Source: Comamonadaceae bacterium (GTDB taxonomy: Bacteria; Pseudomonadota; Gammaproteobacteria; Burkholderiales; Burkholderiaceae_C). Taken from it: a stretch of 64,000 bases of DNA. A program made the position numbers and the translations under genes. Position 1 is the first letter of the stretch. Each line of letters starts with the position of its first letter. Shown one piece after another: positions 1 through 9,098 of this stretch. Location of the stretch: positions 36,769 through 100,768 of the forward strand of contig JANPAS010000083.1 of the NCBI GenBank assembly GCA_031430035.1, written 5' to 3'. The notes beneath the pieces were generated by a model, which made no database searches, was not told the origin of the DNA, and was given only the letters and a program-made list of their open reading frames with translations.

Positions 1-464
1 CGGTCGAAATAGAACTGCGCCATGCCTTCGCCATAGGCTTTGGACAGGCCGTAATAGCTATCGGGGCGGGTTAGGCAATCGGAGTCGATCACGTCGCCTT
101 GTTTGTGAAAGCCGATGGCGTGATTGGAGCTGGCAAAGATAACTCGTTTTGCGCCGTGGATTCTTGCGCCTTCATAGATATGAAAGATGCCGCTGATGTT
201 GGCACCCAGGACGGTTTCAAAAGAGTGCTCGGTGGCTACGCCGCCAAAATGCACGATCGCTTCCACGCCTTTGACCAAGGCGATGGTCTCGGCTTTATTT
301 GCTAGATCGCAAACGATGAGCTCTTCATTTGCAGCGGCAACGCCCATGCTAGAGATGTCTGATAGACGCAAGACTTCCGCGTGCGCGGCTAAACTTTGGC
401 GTAGCACCTTGCCAAGGTTGCCCGCAGCGCCTGTGAGTAAAAGTTTTTGAAATGGTTTCATCAT
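1..464 (-). CDS. NAD-dependent epimerase/dehydratase (SDR) family protein, uronate-dehydrogenase-like; the C-terminal part lies beyond the left window edge
   Basis: My reverse-strand translation from the ATG at 464 (second ATG at 461) reads MMKPFQKLLLTGAAGNLGKVLR (GxxGxxG Rossmann) ... FASSNHAIGF ... YYGLSKAYGEGMAQFYFD (YxxxK). It is absent from the ORF track because the frame runs off the window. It is divergent from a GntR regulator. Confidence 0.7.
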   Translation of the reverse strand, partial: MMKPFQKLLLTGAAGNLGKVLRQSLAAHAEVLRLSDISSMGVAAANEELIVCDLANKAETIALVKGVEAIVHFGGVATEHSFETVLGANISGIFHIYEGARIHGAKRVIFASSNHAIGFHKQGDVIDSDCLTRPDSYYGLSKAYGEGMAQFYFD

Positions 465-522
465 TTGGGTTATCCTCTAGTCATCATACAACATAATTAT
501 CTTTTTCTTATCAGTAAAAACC

Positions 523-1257
523 ATGACCAAATCCCGTAGCTTGACCCAAACCTTGGTGGATGCTTTCACGCAGCAAGTGGCGATGAAACAGCTTAAAACG
601 GGTGACAAATTGCCAACTGAAATGAACATCATGCACACTTTTGGTGTGAGCCGAACGGTGGTGCGCGAGGCGCTCTCTAAATTGCAAGCGGCGGGGTTAG
701 TTGAAACGCACCACGGTATAGGTACTTTTGTACTGGAGCCGCGCGCAGATAGTCGATTCCGTGTCAGCGGTGTCCCCATGATTAGCGACGGCGACGTACA
801 GACGGCACTAGAGTTTCGCTTGGGGATTGAGGTTGAGTGCGCTGGTTTGGCGGCGCTACGCCGCACCCCTGATCAGCTAAAGGCGATGCGAGCGGTGCTC
901 GATGAATTTGAGGAAAATGTAGTTGAGAAAAAATCTAAAAAATCGACGCTCAACCAATCAATTGGCAACACAGTCGCGCCTGATTTTCAATTTCATTTAC
1001 TGCTGGCGCATGCGGCTCATAACCGCTATTTTGTTGATCTAATGAGTCACCTAGGCACTAGCATTATTCCGCGCACTAGGCTGGATGTTGCTAAAAAAGT
1101 CAGTCACCAAGTCCCTGAGTACTTGAGCCGTGTGAATCAGGAGCATGAAACAATTTATCAGGCAGTTGTACGACAAGATGCGGAGTCTGCCCGAGCGGCA
1201 GCGCGGTTGCATTTGACGAATAGCCGCGAACGAATGCGATTGGTACAGGGAGATTGA
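523..1257 (+). CDS. GntR-family transcriptional regulator (FadR/FCD subfamily)
   Basis: N-terminal winged HTH: KLPTEMNIMHTFGVSRTVVREALSKLQAAGLVETHHGIGTFV. The C-terminal part is a helical FCD-like domain. It is divergent from the SDR gene at 1-464. Confidence 0.85.
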   Translation: MTKSRSLTQTLVDAFTQQVAMKQLKTGDKLPTEMNIMHTFGVSRTVVREALSKLQAAGLVETHHGIGTFVLEPRADSRFRVSGVPMISDGDVQTALEFRLGIEVECAGLAALRRTPDQLKAMRAVLDEFEENVVEKKSKKSTLNQSIGNTVAPDFQFHLLLAHAAHNRYFVDLMSHLGTSIIPRTRLDVAKKVSHQVPEYLSRVNQEHETIYQAVVRQDAESARAAARLHLTNSRERMRLVQGD

Positions 1258-1294
1258 GTGATAAATCGATGAGACGAGTCGTTAAACTCAGGGA

Positions 1295-2437
1295 ATGAAC
1301 ACACAAGCGCTTTCGTATTTCAAACGCAGCCCATTTGATTGGCTTTTTGCAGCTCTGGTTTTAGGTGGTGCCGTTTTTGCGCTTTCCCGCTATTACGGCT
1401 TCATGGATTACTACGAAGTCGGTATTTTGATTGGCGTTGTCCCTGCATTGGTGGCAATGGCGTGGTTTTGGCGACCCTTGCGAGTGTTGACGGTTGCAGT
1501 CGCTGCCTTATCACTCAGCTCCATTTGGATATATGCGGGGCAGTTACCGCGTGCCAATACAGCCTTCATGTTGAAATACTTTTTAGCCAGTCAAACCGCC
1601 ATCATGTGGATGAGCGTGTTGTTTTTCTTGAGTACGTTGTTTTACTGGCTCGGGCTGCTGGTGAGGTCGCAAGCGACTGCCTTTGCCAATATCGCCTCCA
1701 AGATGGCTTGGGTAGCTGCGATGGCTGGGCTGGTGGGCATGATGGTTCGTTGGTACGAAAGCTACCTCATTGGCGCAGACATTGGGCATATTCCTGTCTC
1801 TAACCTCTACGAAGTGTTTGTGCTGTTTTGCTGGTTGACGACGCTGTTCTACTTGTACTACGAAGAAATTTATAAAACGAAGACGCTGGGTGCTTTTGTG
1901 ATGCTCATCGTCAGTGCCGCTGTTGGCTTCCTGTTGTGGTACACCTTTTCTCGTGATGCGGCAGACATTCAACCGCTCGTGCCAGCGCTGAAGAGCTGGT
2001 GGATGAAGGTTCATGTGCCCGCTAACTTTATTGGCTACGGTACGTTTGCGCTATCTGCCATGGTGGCGGTGGCTTATTTGCTTAAAAAGCGCTTTCCTAA
2101 CTCCTATGTGATAGCGACGTTGCCAACGCTTGAAGTGATGGATGACCTGATGTACAAGGCCATTGCGGTGGGTTTTGCGTTTTTTACCATCGCCACTGTG
2201 CTGGGCGCATTTTGGGCGGCTGAGGCTTGGGGCGGCTACTGGAGCTGGGACCCTAAAGAGACTTGGGCGTTGATCGTTTGGTTGAACTACGCCGCGTGGC
2301 TGCACATGCGGTTAGTCAAGGGACTGCGTGGTTCATTTGCCGCTTGGTGGGCGCTGGTTGGACTCTTGGTGACCACGTTTGCGTTTTTGGGTGTGAATAT
2401 GTTTTTGAGTGGATTGCACTCCTACGGTACGCTTTAA
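1295..2437 (+). CDS. ccsA: Cytochrome c biogenesis protein, CcsA/ResC family
   Basis: Polytopic membrane protein with the Trp-rich haem-handling motif WGGYWSWDPKETWALIVWL near the C-terminus. Confidence 0.8.
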   Translation: MNTQALSYFKRSPFDWLFAALVLGGAVFALSRYYGFMDYYEVGILIGVVPALVAMAWFWRPLRVLTVAVAALSLSSIWIYAGQLPRANTAFMLKYFLASQTAIMWMSVLFFLSTLFYWLGLLVRSQATAFANIASKMAWVAAMAGLVGMMVRWYESYLIGADIGHIPVSNLYEVFVLFCWLTTLFYLYYEEIYKTKTLGAFVMLIVSAAVGFLLWYTFSRDAADIQPLVPALKSWWMKVHVPANFIGYGTFALSAMVAVAYLLKKRFPNSYVIATLPTLEVMDDLMYKAIAVGFAFFTIATVLGAFWAAEAWGGYWSWDPKETWALIVWLNYAAWLHMRLVKGLRGSFAAWWALVGLLVTTFAFLGVNMFLSGLHSYGTL

Positions 2438-2455
2438 CCACTCACCCCCTCCCGT

Positions 2456-2500
2456 CCCCCTCCCTCCTGATAGGAGCGAGGGGGAAGCTTTATTTTGTTT
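2456..2500 (+). terminator. Rho-independent terminator downstream of ccsA, embedded in a REP-like C-rich element
   Basis: Stem CCCCCTCCCTCC (2456-2467), loop tgata, stem GGAGCGAGGGGG (2473-2484), with one mismatch. It is followed by aagcTTTATTTTGTTTTC. Confidence 0.6.
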
Positions 2501-2532
2501 TCTCTTATTTCGAATGACCTACAGACTCGACT

Positions 2533-3630
2533 ATGAATGACGTATTTTTGAAAGCTTGTTTGGGTGAGGCAACGCCTTACACCCCCGTTTGGTTGATGCG
2601 TCAGGCGGGGCGCTATTTGCCTGAATATCGTGCGACCCGTGCGACTGCGGGCAGCTTTATGGGGCTGGCGACCAATCCTGCATATGCAACCGAAGTGACG
2701 ATGCAGCCACTGGATCGCTATCCGCTGGACGCGGCGATTTTGTTTTCAGACATTCTCACGGTGCCTGATGCAATGGGGCTTGGGCTGACGTTTGCTGAGG
2801 GCGAAGGCCCGCGGTTTGCGCAGGTGGTGCGCGATGAGGCCGCGGTTGCCAAGCTGGCTGTGCCTGACATGGAAAAGCTGCGCTACGTGTTTGATGCTGT
2901 GCGCTCAATCCGTAACTCGCTCGCGCTGCGTATGAACAAGGGCGTGCCGCTGATTGGTTTTTCGGGTAGTCCGTGGACACTGGCTTGCTACATGGTGGAG
3001 GGCAAAGGCTCGGATGACTATCGCCATGTCAAATCTTTGATGTATGCGCGTCCAGATTTAATGCACCGCATCCTAGGCGTCAATGCCGACAGCGTTGCGG
3101 CGTACTTGAACGCGCAGATTGACGCTGGTGCGCAAGCCGTGATGGTGTTTGACTCGTGGGGTGGTGTGCTGGCAGATGGCGCGTTCCAGACGTTTAGCTT
3201 GGCCTATACGAAGCGGGTACTGGCTGGGCTTAAACGTACGGATGCGGACGGCAACATCGTGCCGCGCCTCGTGTTTACTAAGGGCGGGGGGCTGTGGCTG
3301 GACGAGATGAAGGATTTGGACTGCGACGTGCTGGGTCTCGATTGGACGATGAATCTGGGCAAAGCGAGAGCGATCTTGGAATCAGGTGCTCCCGCGAATA
3401 AGTCATTGCAAGGCAATATCGACCCGAATATTTTGTTTGCGCCGCCAGCCGCCATTCAAACGGAAGTCAAACGCGTGCTAGATAGTTTTGGCAAGCCGCA
3501 CGCGGACGCTTCCAAGCGCGGTACGGGGCACGTCTTTAACCTCGGTCATGGCATTAGCCAGTTCACGCCGCCAGAGCATGTGAGTGCCCTGGTGGAAGCG
3601 GTGCATTCGCATTCAAAAGCGATGCGCTGA
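2533..3630 (+). CDS. hemE: Uroporphyrinogen decarboxylase
   Basis: N-terminal signature [16 protein letters not shown], then [15 protein letters not shown]. The 365-aa length is typical. Confidence 0.95.
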   Translation: MNDVFLKACLGEATPYTPVWLMRQAGRYLPEYRATRATAGSFMGLATNPAYATEVTMQPLDRYPLDAAILFSDILTVPDAMGLGLTFAEGEGPRFAQVVRDEAAVAKLAVPDMEKLRYVFDAVRSIRNSLALRMNKGVPLIGFSGSPWTLACYMVEGKGSDDYRHVKSLMYARPDLMHRILGVNADSVAAYLNAQIDAGAQAVMVFDSWGGVLADGAFQTFSLAYTKRVLAGLKRTDADGNIVPRLVFTKGGGLWLDEMKDLDCDVLGLDWTMNLGKARAILESGAPANKSLQGNIDPNILFAPPAAIQTEVKRVLDSFGKPHADASKRGTGHVFNLGHGISQFTPPEHVSALVEAVHSHSKAMR

Positions 3631-3692
3631 GGGCTTCGACAGGCTCAGCCCGAACGGATTGGACTTCGTTCACCCTGAGCTTGTCGAAGGGC
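3631..3692. repeat. REP-like imperfect inverted repeat between convergent hemE and cca
   Basis: Arms CTTCGACAGGCTCAG (3634-3648) and CTGAGCTTGTCGAAG (3675-3689) are reverse complements with one mismatch. The last ~13 codons of the cca ORF run into the element. Confidence 0.5.
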
Positions 3693-4736
3693 GATAGCGG
3701 CTATCCGCGCTTTTGCAATCCTCTCACCAACTTTTGCCCCAGAGAGACCATCCTGCAAGGCTTGCAGGGCAATAGGCTCGGAAGCCACAGCCAGTATGGC
3801 TTGCAGGGCAAGTTTTAGAGGTTTTGTAGGGGTTTCAGGTTGTAGACATTCAAACGACTCTAGGGCTAAAGCAAAGCGATCGGGCTGGCGAATCGCATCG
3901 CTCCGCTCTAAACATTCATATGTCTGCTCTTCGTTCAAATTGACTTTGTAGCTATTTAAAAGTTGGGTGACCACTTTTGTTAATTGCGTGCAATCGCTTG
4001 GTGCTTTGAGCGATGGGGCGGGCAATTGCAGCGTGGCAAAACGCACAGCAAGCGAATAGCTTTGCGAGGCAGCACTATCAAGGGCTTTCATCGCGGTTTG
4101 GTTATTTGCGAGACTTGGCAAAATCTTTTGTAGCAAACCGCAATCTTGCAAAACCTCAAATAGCCGAGACGGTTTTTCCTCCATCAGCCCCTTGGCAATC
4201 TCTTGCCAAACGCGCTCAGCCACCAAACTATCCGCTTCGCCATTGGCGACCATGCCGCGCATCAAAATCATGGTTTCGGGTGCAATGGAGAAATCAGAAA
4301 ATCGCGCTGCAAACCTTGCCACGCGCAAGATGCGCACAGGGTCTTCGCGAAAGGCGAGGGTGACATGGCGTAGCATTTTTTGCTGGATGTCACGTTGCCC
4401 GTGATAGGGGTCAATGAGCGTGCCATCCGCGTCTTGTGCCATCGCGTTCACGGTTAAATCACGGCGGCTTAGGTCTTGCTCCAGCGTCACGTCTTCGTCG
4501 GCATAAAACGCAAAGCCATGGTAGCCCTTGGCAGTCTTTCGCTCGGTGCGTGCGAGGGCGTATTCTTCATGTGTTTTGGGTTCTAAAAAGACAGGGAAAT
4601 CCTTGCCAATCGGCTGGTAGCCCATATCCAGCATGGCTTGTGGGCTTGCCCCCACAACCACCCAGTCGCGGTCTTTGACTTCTAAACCTAGTAGCGCATC
4701 TCGGATTGCGCCGCCAACGAGGTAGGTTTTCATCAA
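3645..4736 (-). CDS. cca: tRNA nucleotidyltransferase (CCA-adding enzyme), short form without a recognisable HD domain
   Basis: N-terminus [28 protein letters not shown] ... [10 protein letters not shown] ... [15 protein letters not shown] matches the class II CCA-adding head domain. There is no histidine anywhere in the C-terminal ~170 residues. Confidence 0.85.
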   Translation of the reverse strand: MMKTYLVGGAIRDALLGLEVKDRDWVVVGASPQAMLDMGYQPIGKDFPVFLEPKTHEEYALARTERKTAKGYHGFAFYADEDVTLEQDLSRRDLTVNAMAQDADGTLIDPYHGQRDIQQKMLRHVTLAFREDPVRILRVARFAARFSDFSIAPETMILMRGMVANGEADSLVAERVWQEIAKGLMEEKPSRLFEVLQDCGLLQKILPSLANNQTAMKALDSAASQSYSLAVRFATLQLPAPSLKAPSDCTQLTKVVTQLLNSYKVNLNEEQTYECLERSDAIRQPDRFALALESFECLQPETPTKPLKLALQAILAVASEPIALQALQDGLSGAKVGERIAKARIAAIALRQAQGERSPIRSG

Positions 4737-4747
4737 CGTTTTTGCTT

Positions 4748-5452
4748 TTAGCGAGTCAACCGATACGGCTCTTCAAAATCACGGAACTCGTCTTCCACGC
4801 GTGCATCAGCTATCCAGGCGGCTACGCCTGGCATAACGCAGAGGCGATCCATGTATGCAGCAACCGCGGGGCTTGCGGGAAGACCGTAGGTTTTAAAGCG
4901 CATGACAACAGGCGCGAAGTAAGCGTCTGCGATAGAGAATGCGCCAAAGAGCATACCATCTGAGTGTGTATGCGCATAGGCTGCGAGAAGTCCGCCCAGC
5001 AAGGCCTCCATACGTGCCACATCGGCCACCACGGCAGGCTTGTCGCGCATCACGATTTGCCCGATGTGCGGCAAGCTGGCTTCGATGTTCATCATGCAAT
5101 GGCTGCGTAATGCACTAAAGCCTGAATGCATTTCAGCGCAGGCCATGCGTGCTTTCGCACGAGCGATTTTGTCTTGTGGCCAGAGATTCTTTTCGGGGAA
5201 GCTCTCAGCCAAATACTCGGCAATCGCTAGCGTATCGGTCACCACCAAATCGCCGTCAGCATTCGAATCGACAAGCACGGGCACTTGTCCGCGAGGGCTG
5301 ACTTTGAGCATGGTTTGCTTGAAGTTGGAAGTTGGCGCAAACGAATCGAATAACACCTTTACCTCTTCAAAGGGAATACCAGCTTGCTTCAGCAGCACCC
5401 ATGGGCGCATCGACCACGATGAGTAGTTTTTGTTGCCGATGTAGAGCTTCAC
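4748..5452 (-). CDS. Glutathione S-transferase family protein
   Basis: The thioredoxin-like N-terminus [31 protein letters not shown] and the helical C-terminal domain resemble YfcF-type GSTs. Confidence 0.75.
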   Translation of the reverse strand: MKLYIGNKNYSSWSMRPWVLLKQAGIPFEEVKVLFDSFAPTSNFKQTMLKVSPRGQVPVLVDSNADGDLVVTDTLAIAEYLAESFPEKNLWPQDKIARAKARMACAEMHSGFSALRSHCMMNIEASLPHIGQIVMRDKPAVVADVARMEALLGGLLAAYAHTHSDGMLFGAFSIADAYFAPVVMRFKTYGLPASPAVAAYMDRLCVMPGVAAWIADARVEDEFRDFEEPYRLTR

Positions 5453-6213
5453 TTCAAACCCAGCACATCAAACATATCAAACAGGCCCGTTTTTTGCACC
5501 GCCAAGTAGCGAACGGCGCGTAGGGCGCCTAATGCATAGCCTTCGCGGTTCGACGATTTGTGGGTAATTTCAATGCGTTCGCCCGTGCCTGCAAACATGA
5601 CGGTGTGATCGCCCACGATATCGCCGCCGCGAATGGCAGAAAAACCAATCGCTTGCGGATCGCGAGCGCCCGTGATACCTTCTCTTGCAAATACGGCGTG
5701 ACCTTTAAGATCGCGCCCTAAAGCGTCCGCAATGACTTCACCCATTTTGAGTGCCGTGCCTGATGGCGCATCTACTTTGTGGCGGTGGTGGGTCTCAATA
5801 ATTTCGATGTCATAGCCTGTACTCATGGCTTTGGCGGCCATCTCTAACAGCTTGAGCGTGACGTTGACACCGACGCTCATATTGGGGGCCAACATGATGG
5901 CGATGTTTTTGCTGGCGGCTGCAATTTCAGCTTTCTCTGCATCGCTAAAACCAGTCGTGCCAATCACCATTTTGACGTTCAACTCTTGACACACTTTGAT
6001 GTGCGCCATCGTGCCTTCGGGGCGCGTGAAGTCGATCAGGTAGTCGGCATTTTGCAGCTCGGCATGGATGTCGATGCCAATATCGAGCTGCCCTGCCAGT
6101 TCGCAATCATCGGAGGCATTAATCGCATCAATCAGCATCTTGCCCATGCGGCCTGAGCTGCCCGCGACAGCAATTTTTAGCTTCTCGGCGATATTCAGTT
6201 TTTGTATTGTCAT
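5449..6213 (-). CDS. dapB: 4-hydroxy-tetrahydrodipicolinate reductase
   Basis: [16 protein letters not shown] (NAD(P) binding), [18 protein letters not shown] and [12 protein letters not shown] are DapB signatures. Confidence 0.9.
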   Translation of the reverse strand: MTIQKLNIAEKLKIAVAGSSGRMGKMLIDAINASDDCELAGQLDIGIDIHAELQNADYLIDFTRPEGTMAHIKVCQELNVKMVIGTTGFSDAEKAEIAAASKNIAIMLAPNMSVGVNVTLKLLEMAAKAMSTGYDIEIIETHHRHKVDAPSGTALKMGEVIADALGRDLKGHAVFAREGITGARDPQAIGFSAIRGGDIVGDHTVMFAGTGERIEITHKSSNREGYALGALRAVRYLAVQKTGLFDMFDVLGLK

Positions 6214-6220
6214 GGCGCAA

Positions 6221-6784
6221 TCAGTTGGGTTCTAAGGGTGGATATGTTTTGCTGCCAACAGCAGCAGGCTCAATGGTTGTCGCCGAGGTTTTTGCTTTTG
6301 AGTTTTCCCGATTGGCAAAATCGGTGAGTTCTTTGTCGCTAGCAGTAAGCGGCGGTATCTTGCCAATTTTCCGGCCTGATGTGAGGGTTTGTACAAATTC
6401 AGTTTCGCTTGGCATCGTGTCGCCTTCCCAGCGTGCTAGCTGTTCGCCATTGAAGTGCACGGTGAGGCGCAGCGCTTTTGAGACAATGCCGTCTCGTTCG
6501 ATGGTGAAGACATAGTCCCAGCGATTGGCATGAAAAACGTCGTTTAGTAACGGCGTCCCCAAAATGTTACGTACTTGGGCGCGCGGCATGCCTGCCCGAA
6601 GTGCAGCGACTTGTTCGCTGGATACGAAGTTGCCTTGAACGACTTCTGCTTTATAGGGTTTGATAGCGTTGGGTATGCTGAGTTTAGGCAGGGTCGGTCG
6701 GTAGCTGCATGCGGCTAGACTAGCAGCGAGGGCAAATGTAAAAACAGCAGCAGGTATTGGATGCATAGAATGAAACAAAATCAC
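6221..6784 (-). CDS. bamE: Outer-membrane protein assembly factor BamE (SmpA/OmlA lipoprotein)
   Basis: Signal peptide with lipobox: [20 protein letters not shown]. The likely real start is the internal Met at 6766. The SmpA-like core is [26 protein letters not shown]. It sits between dapB and fur. Confidence 0.7.
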   Translation of the reverse strand: MILFHSMHPIPAAVFTFALAASLAACSYRPTLPKLSIPNAIKPYKAEVVQGNFVSSEQVAALRAGMPRAQVRNILGTPLLNDVFHANRWDYVFTIERDGIVSKALRLTVHFNGEQLARWEGDTMPSETEFVQTLTSGRKIGKIPPLTASDKELTDFANRENSKAKTSATTIEPAAVGSKTYPPLEPN

Positions 6785-6819
6785 AGAGTCATGAATTAGA
6801 AAAGTAAGAGATACATTCT

Positions 6820-7287
6820 ATGCAAAACCTAAAGAACATTGGTCTAAAAACGACAACACCTCGGCTCAAAGTTTTGGAGCTGTTTCAGACCCAAAGTGCG
6901 AGTCACCAGCGTCATTTAAGCGCTGAAGATGTTTACCGTAGCTTGATGATTGATAACCAAGACATTGGTTTGGCGACTGTTTACCGCGTGCTTGCTCAGT
7001 TTGAGCAAGCAGGTATTTTGAGTCGCAATCACTTTGCAAACAGTGACGTAGGTGGTATAGGCACTGGCGGTGCAGGACGTGCCGTGTATGAACTGGCGGA
7101 TGCGCAACACCATGACCATTTAGTTTGCCTAGATTGCGGCAAGGTCGAAGAATTTTTTGACGCTGATATTGAAGCTAAACAGCATGCGATTGCTAAATCT
7201 AAAGGTTTTGCGTTAGCAGATCACGCACTTAGCTTGTATGCGCACTGTACTAAGAAGAGCTGTCCATCAAGGCGCGTTGCCGCTTAG
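6820..7287 (+). CDS. fur: Ferric uptake regulator
   Basis: [30 protein letters not shown] and [16 protein letters not shown]. It carries a Gly-rich insertion ([12 protein letters not shown]) before the metal-site motif. Confidence 0.9.
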   Translation: MQNLKNIGLKTTTPRLKVLELFQTQSASHQRHLSAEDVYRSLMIDNQDIGLATVYRVLAQFEQAGILSRNHFANSDVGGIGTGGAGRAVYELADAQHHDHLVCLDCGKVEEFFDADIEAKQHAIAKSKGFALADHALSLYAHCTKKSCPSRRVAA

Positions 7288-8200
7288 AGAACTCATCATA
7301 AGTGTCAATACCACGCATTTGCAAAATCGTATTGCGCACGGCGGCTTCTACCAAAACGGCGATATTGCGCCCCGCCACCACTTGAAGCACTACTTTGCGG
7401 ATCGGTATCCCTAAGACATCGCTGCTCAGGGGTTCTTCGGGCATGCGGTCGTAGTCGCGTTCCATGGTTTCACGACGTACTAAATGCACAATTAAACGCA
7501 GTCGTAGCCGCCTGCGAACCGCCGTTTCTCCAAAGATGGCGCGAATGTCGAGTAAGCCAATGCCGCGCACTTCCAACATGTTTTGTAGTAACTCGGGGCA
7601 ACGACCTTCAATAATGGTTTGATTGATACGAAAAAGATCGACGGCATCGTCGGCTACCAGCCCGTGGCCACGTGAGATCAGTTCTAAGCCCAGTTCACTC
7701 TTGCCAAGCCCCGATTCTCCAGTGATGAGGACACCAAGCCCCAAGATGTCCATAAACACCCCGTGAACGGTGTCTCGATCAGCAAAATGGCGAGACAAAT
7801 AGGCGCGGAGTACGTCGATGACGTAAGCGGCAGAATCGACACAGGTGAATAGCGGAATTTGTGCATCGTTGCACAATTTAAGTAAGCTTTCACTAGGGTC
7901 AATCCCATCACATAAGACAAGCGCCGGAGGCTCTAAATCAACAATACGGGCTAGTCGGCGCTCTGCGTCTTGCGAGGTGGCGCTACCAACATACGCTGCT
8001 TCTCGCTCTCCTAAAATTTGCACGCGATAAGGGTGTATGTAGTTGAGGTAACCCACCAAATCAGCAGCAGAGCGTGCTGCGCGCACAGCCACCTCATCAA
8101 AATGCCTCTCTTTTGCCTGTTGACCCGCGACCCATTCCCACTTCAAGGCTTTTTTATGAAACTGAAATAATTCGTCAGCAGTAATAAAGCTGGGTTTCAT
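7250..8200 (-). CDS. hprK: HPr kinase/phosphorylase
   Basis: Walker A loop [25 protein letters not shown] and [16 protein letters not shown]. The 3' end overlaps the 3' end of fur by 38 nt in convergent orientation. Confidence 0.9.
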   Translation of the reverse strand: MKPSFITADELFQFHKKALKWEWVAGQQAKERHFDEVAVRAARSAADLVGYLNYIHPYRVQILGEREAAYVGSATSQDAERRLARIVDLEPPALVLCDGIDPSESLLKLCNDAQIPLFTCVDSAAYVIDVLRAYLSRHFADRDTVHGVFMDILGLGVLITGESGLGKSELGLELISRGHGLVADDAVDLFRINQTIIEGRCPELLQNMLEVRGIGLLDIRAIFGETAVRRRLRLRLIVHLVRRETMERDYDRMPEEPLSSDVLGIPIRKVVLQVVAGRNIAVLVEAAVRNTILQMRGIDTYDEFSKRQRALMDSSS

Positions 8201-8652
8201 GGTTGATTGCCAGCGTGAATGGTTGCCATAAATGTTTCCAAGTCAGGGGCTGTTTTAAGAGCGAGTCGTTTGGACTCATCGCCAAGTAACTCAGCAATTT
8301 CAGCTAGCAAATCCAGGTGTTTTTGCGTCGCATTTTCTGGAACCAGCAAAGTAAAGAGGAATTGAACAGGCGCACCATCTGCCGCATCGAAACCAATAGC
8401 TTCTTTGAGTTGCACGGCGGCCAATTGAGGCTCTTTAAGACCTTTTATTCGGCCATGAGGGATCGCTACTCCGTAGCCCAAACCAGTCGAACCAAGACGT
8501 TCCCTTGCAAATAAGCTGTCGGTGACATTGGTACGCGCGACACCTACAGTGCGTTCAAACAAAAAACCAATCTCTTCAAAGAGTCGTTTTTTGCTGGTGA
8601 CCTCGAGCCCAAGCAAAATATGATCAAGTTTGAGTAGCTTTTGTAGCGACAA
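8197..8652 (-). CDS. ptsN: PTS IIA-like nitrogen regulatory protein
   Basis: EIIA(Ntr) motif [18 protein letters not shown]. It has a 4-nt overlap with hprK. Confidence 0.85.
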   Translation of the reverse strand: MSLQKLLKLDHILLGLEVTSKKRLFEEIGFLFERTVGVARTNVTDSLFARERLGSTGLGYGVAIPHGRIKGLKEPQLAAVQLKEAIGFDAADGAPVQFLFTLLVPENATQKHLDLLAEIAELLGDESKRLALKTAPDLETFMATIHAGNQP

Positions 8653-8671
8653 GATAACCAGCTTTTATGGT

Positions 8672-9049
8672 TTAAATTTTGAATGACTCTTTGCTGGCAC
8701 CTGCTGCTATTTTTGTAGCTAGCCAAGTTGGCGCTTTGCCGCGACCCGTCCAAGTTTTTCCAGTCTCGTTATCACGGTATTTTGGCGCTACAGCCGCGCG
8801 TTTATCTGCAGATGCTTTTTTAGTGGCTTTAGCTGGCTTCGCAGACGCTTTAGTTTTTGCCTTGGGCGTGACAGCTCCTTTTTTAGCAGAGCCCCCAACT
8901 GTGATGCCAATATCAGCATAGCCAAGACTATATAAGTTAACCAAACGTTTGACTTCTTTAACAGCTGCAGCCACCGCTTGCTTGCGCATTGTCTCAGCTT
9001 GTTTTTGAAGGTCTAAGATTTGTTGCTGAATTTGTTCAAATGTTTGCAT
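8672..9049 (-). CDS. H-NS-like nucleoid-associated DNA-binding protein
   Basis: Coiled-coil N-terminus, a Lys/Ala-rich linker, and the C-terminal motif YRDNETGKTWTGRGKAPTW. The ATG at 9049 is preceded by GAAGGAG. The ORF-track start at 9064 is a TTG with no Shine-Dalgarno sequence. Confidence 0.75.
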   Translation of the reverse strand: MQTFEQIQQQILDLQKQAETMRKQAVAAAVKEVKRLVNLYSLGYADIGITVGGSAKKGAVTPKAKTKASAKPAKATKKASADKRAAVAPKYRDNETGKTWTGRGKAPTWLATKIAAGASKESFKI

Positions 9050-9098
9050 AAGATACTCCTTCAAGTTAAAGGGCTCATTGAAACTGCCTGTGAATAAA

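Noticed and set aside
465-522. A possible GntR operator (GT-N-AC type) in the divergent intergenic region.
   Set aside because: GTCATCATAC fits the loose GT..AC pattern, but it is not palindromic. There is no support beyond its position.
6785-6819. A possible Fur box or divergent promoter in the 35-nt bamE-fur gap.
   Set aside because: The gap is AT-rich, but I could not align it convincingly to the GATAATGATAATCATTATC consensus.
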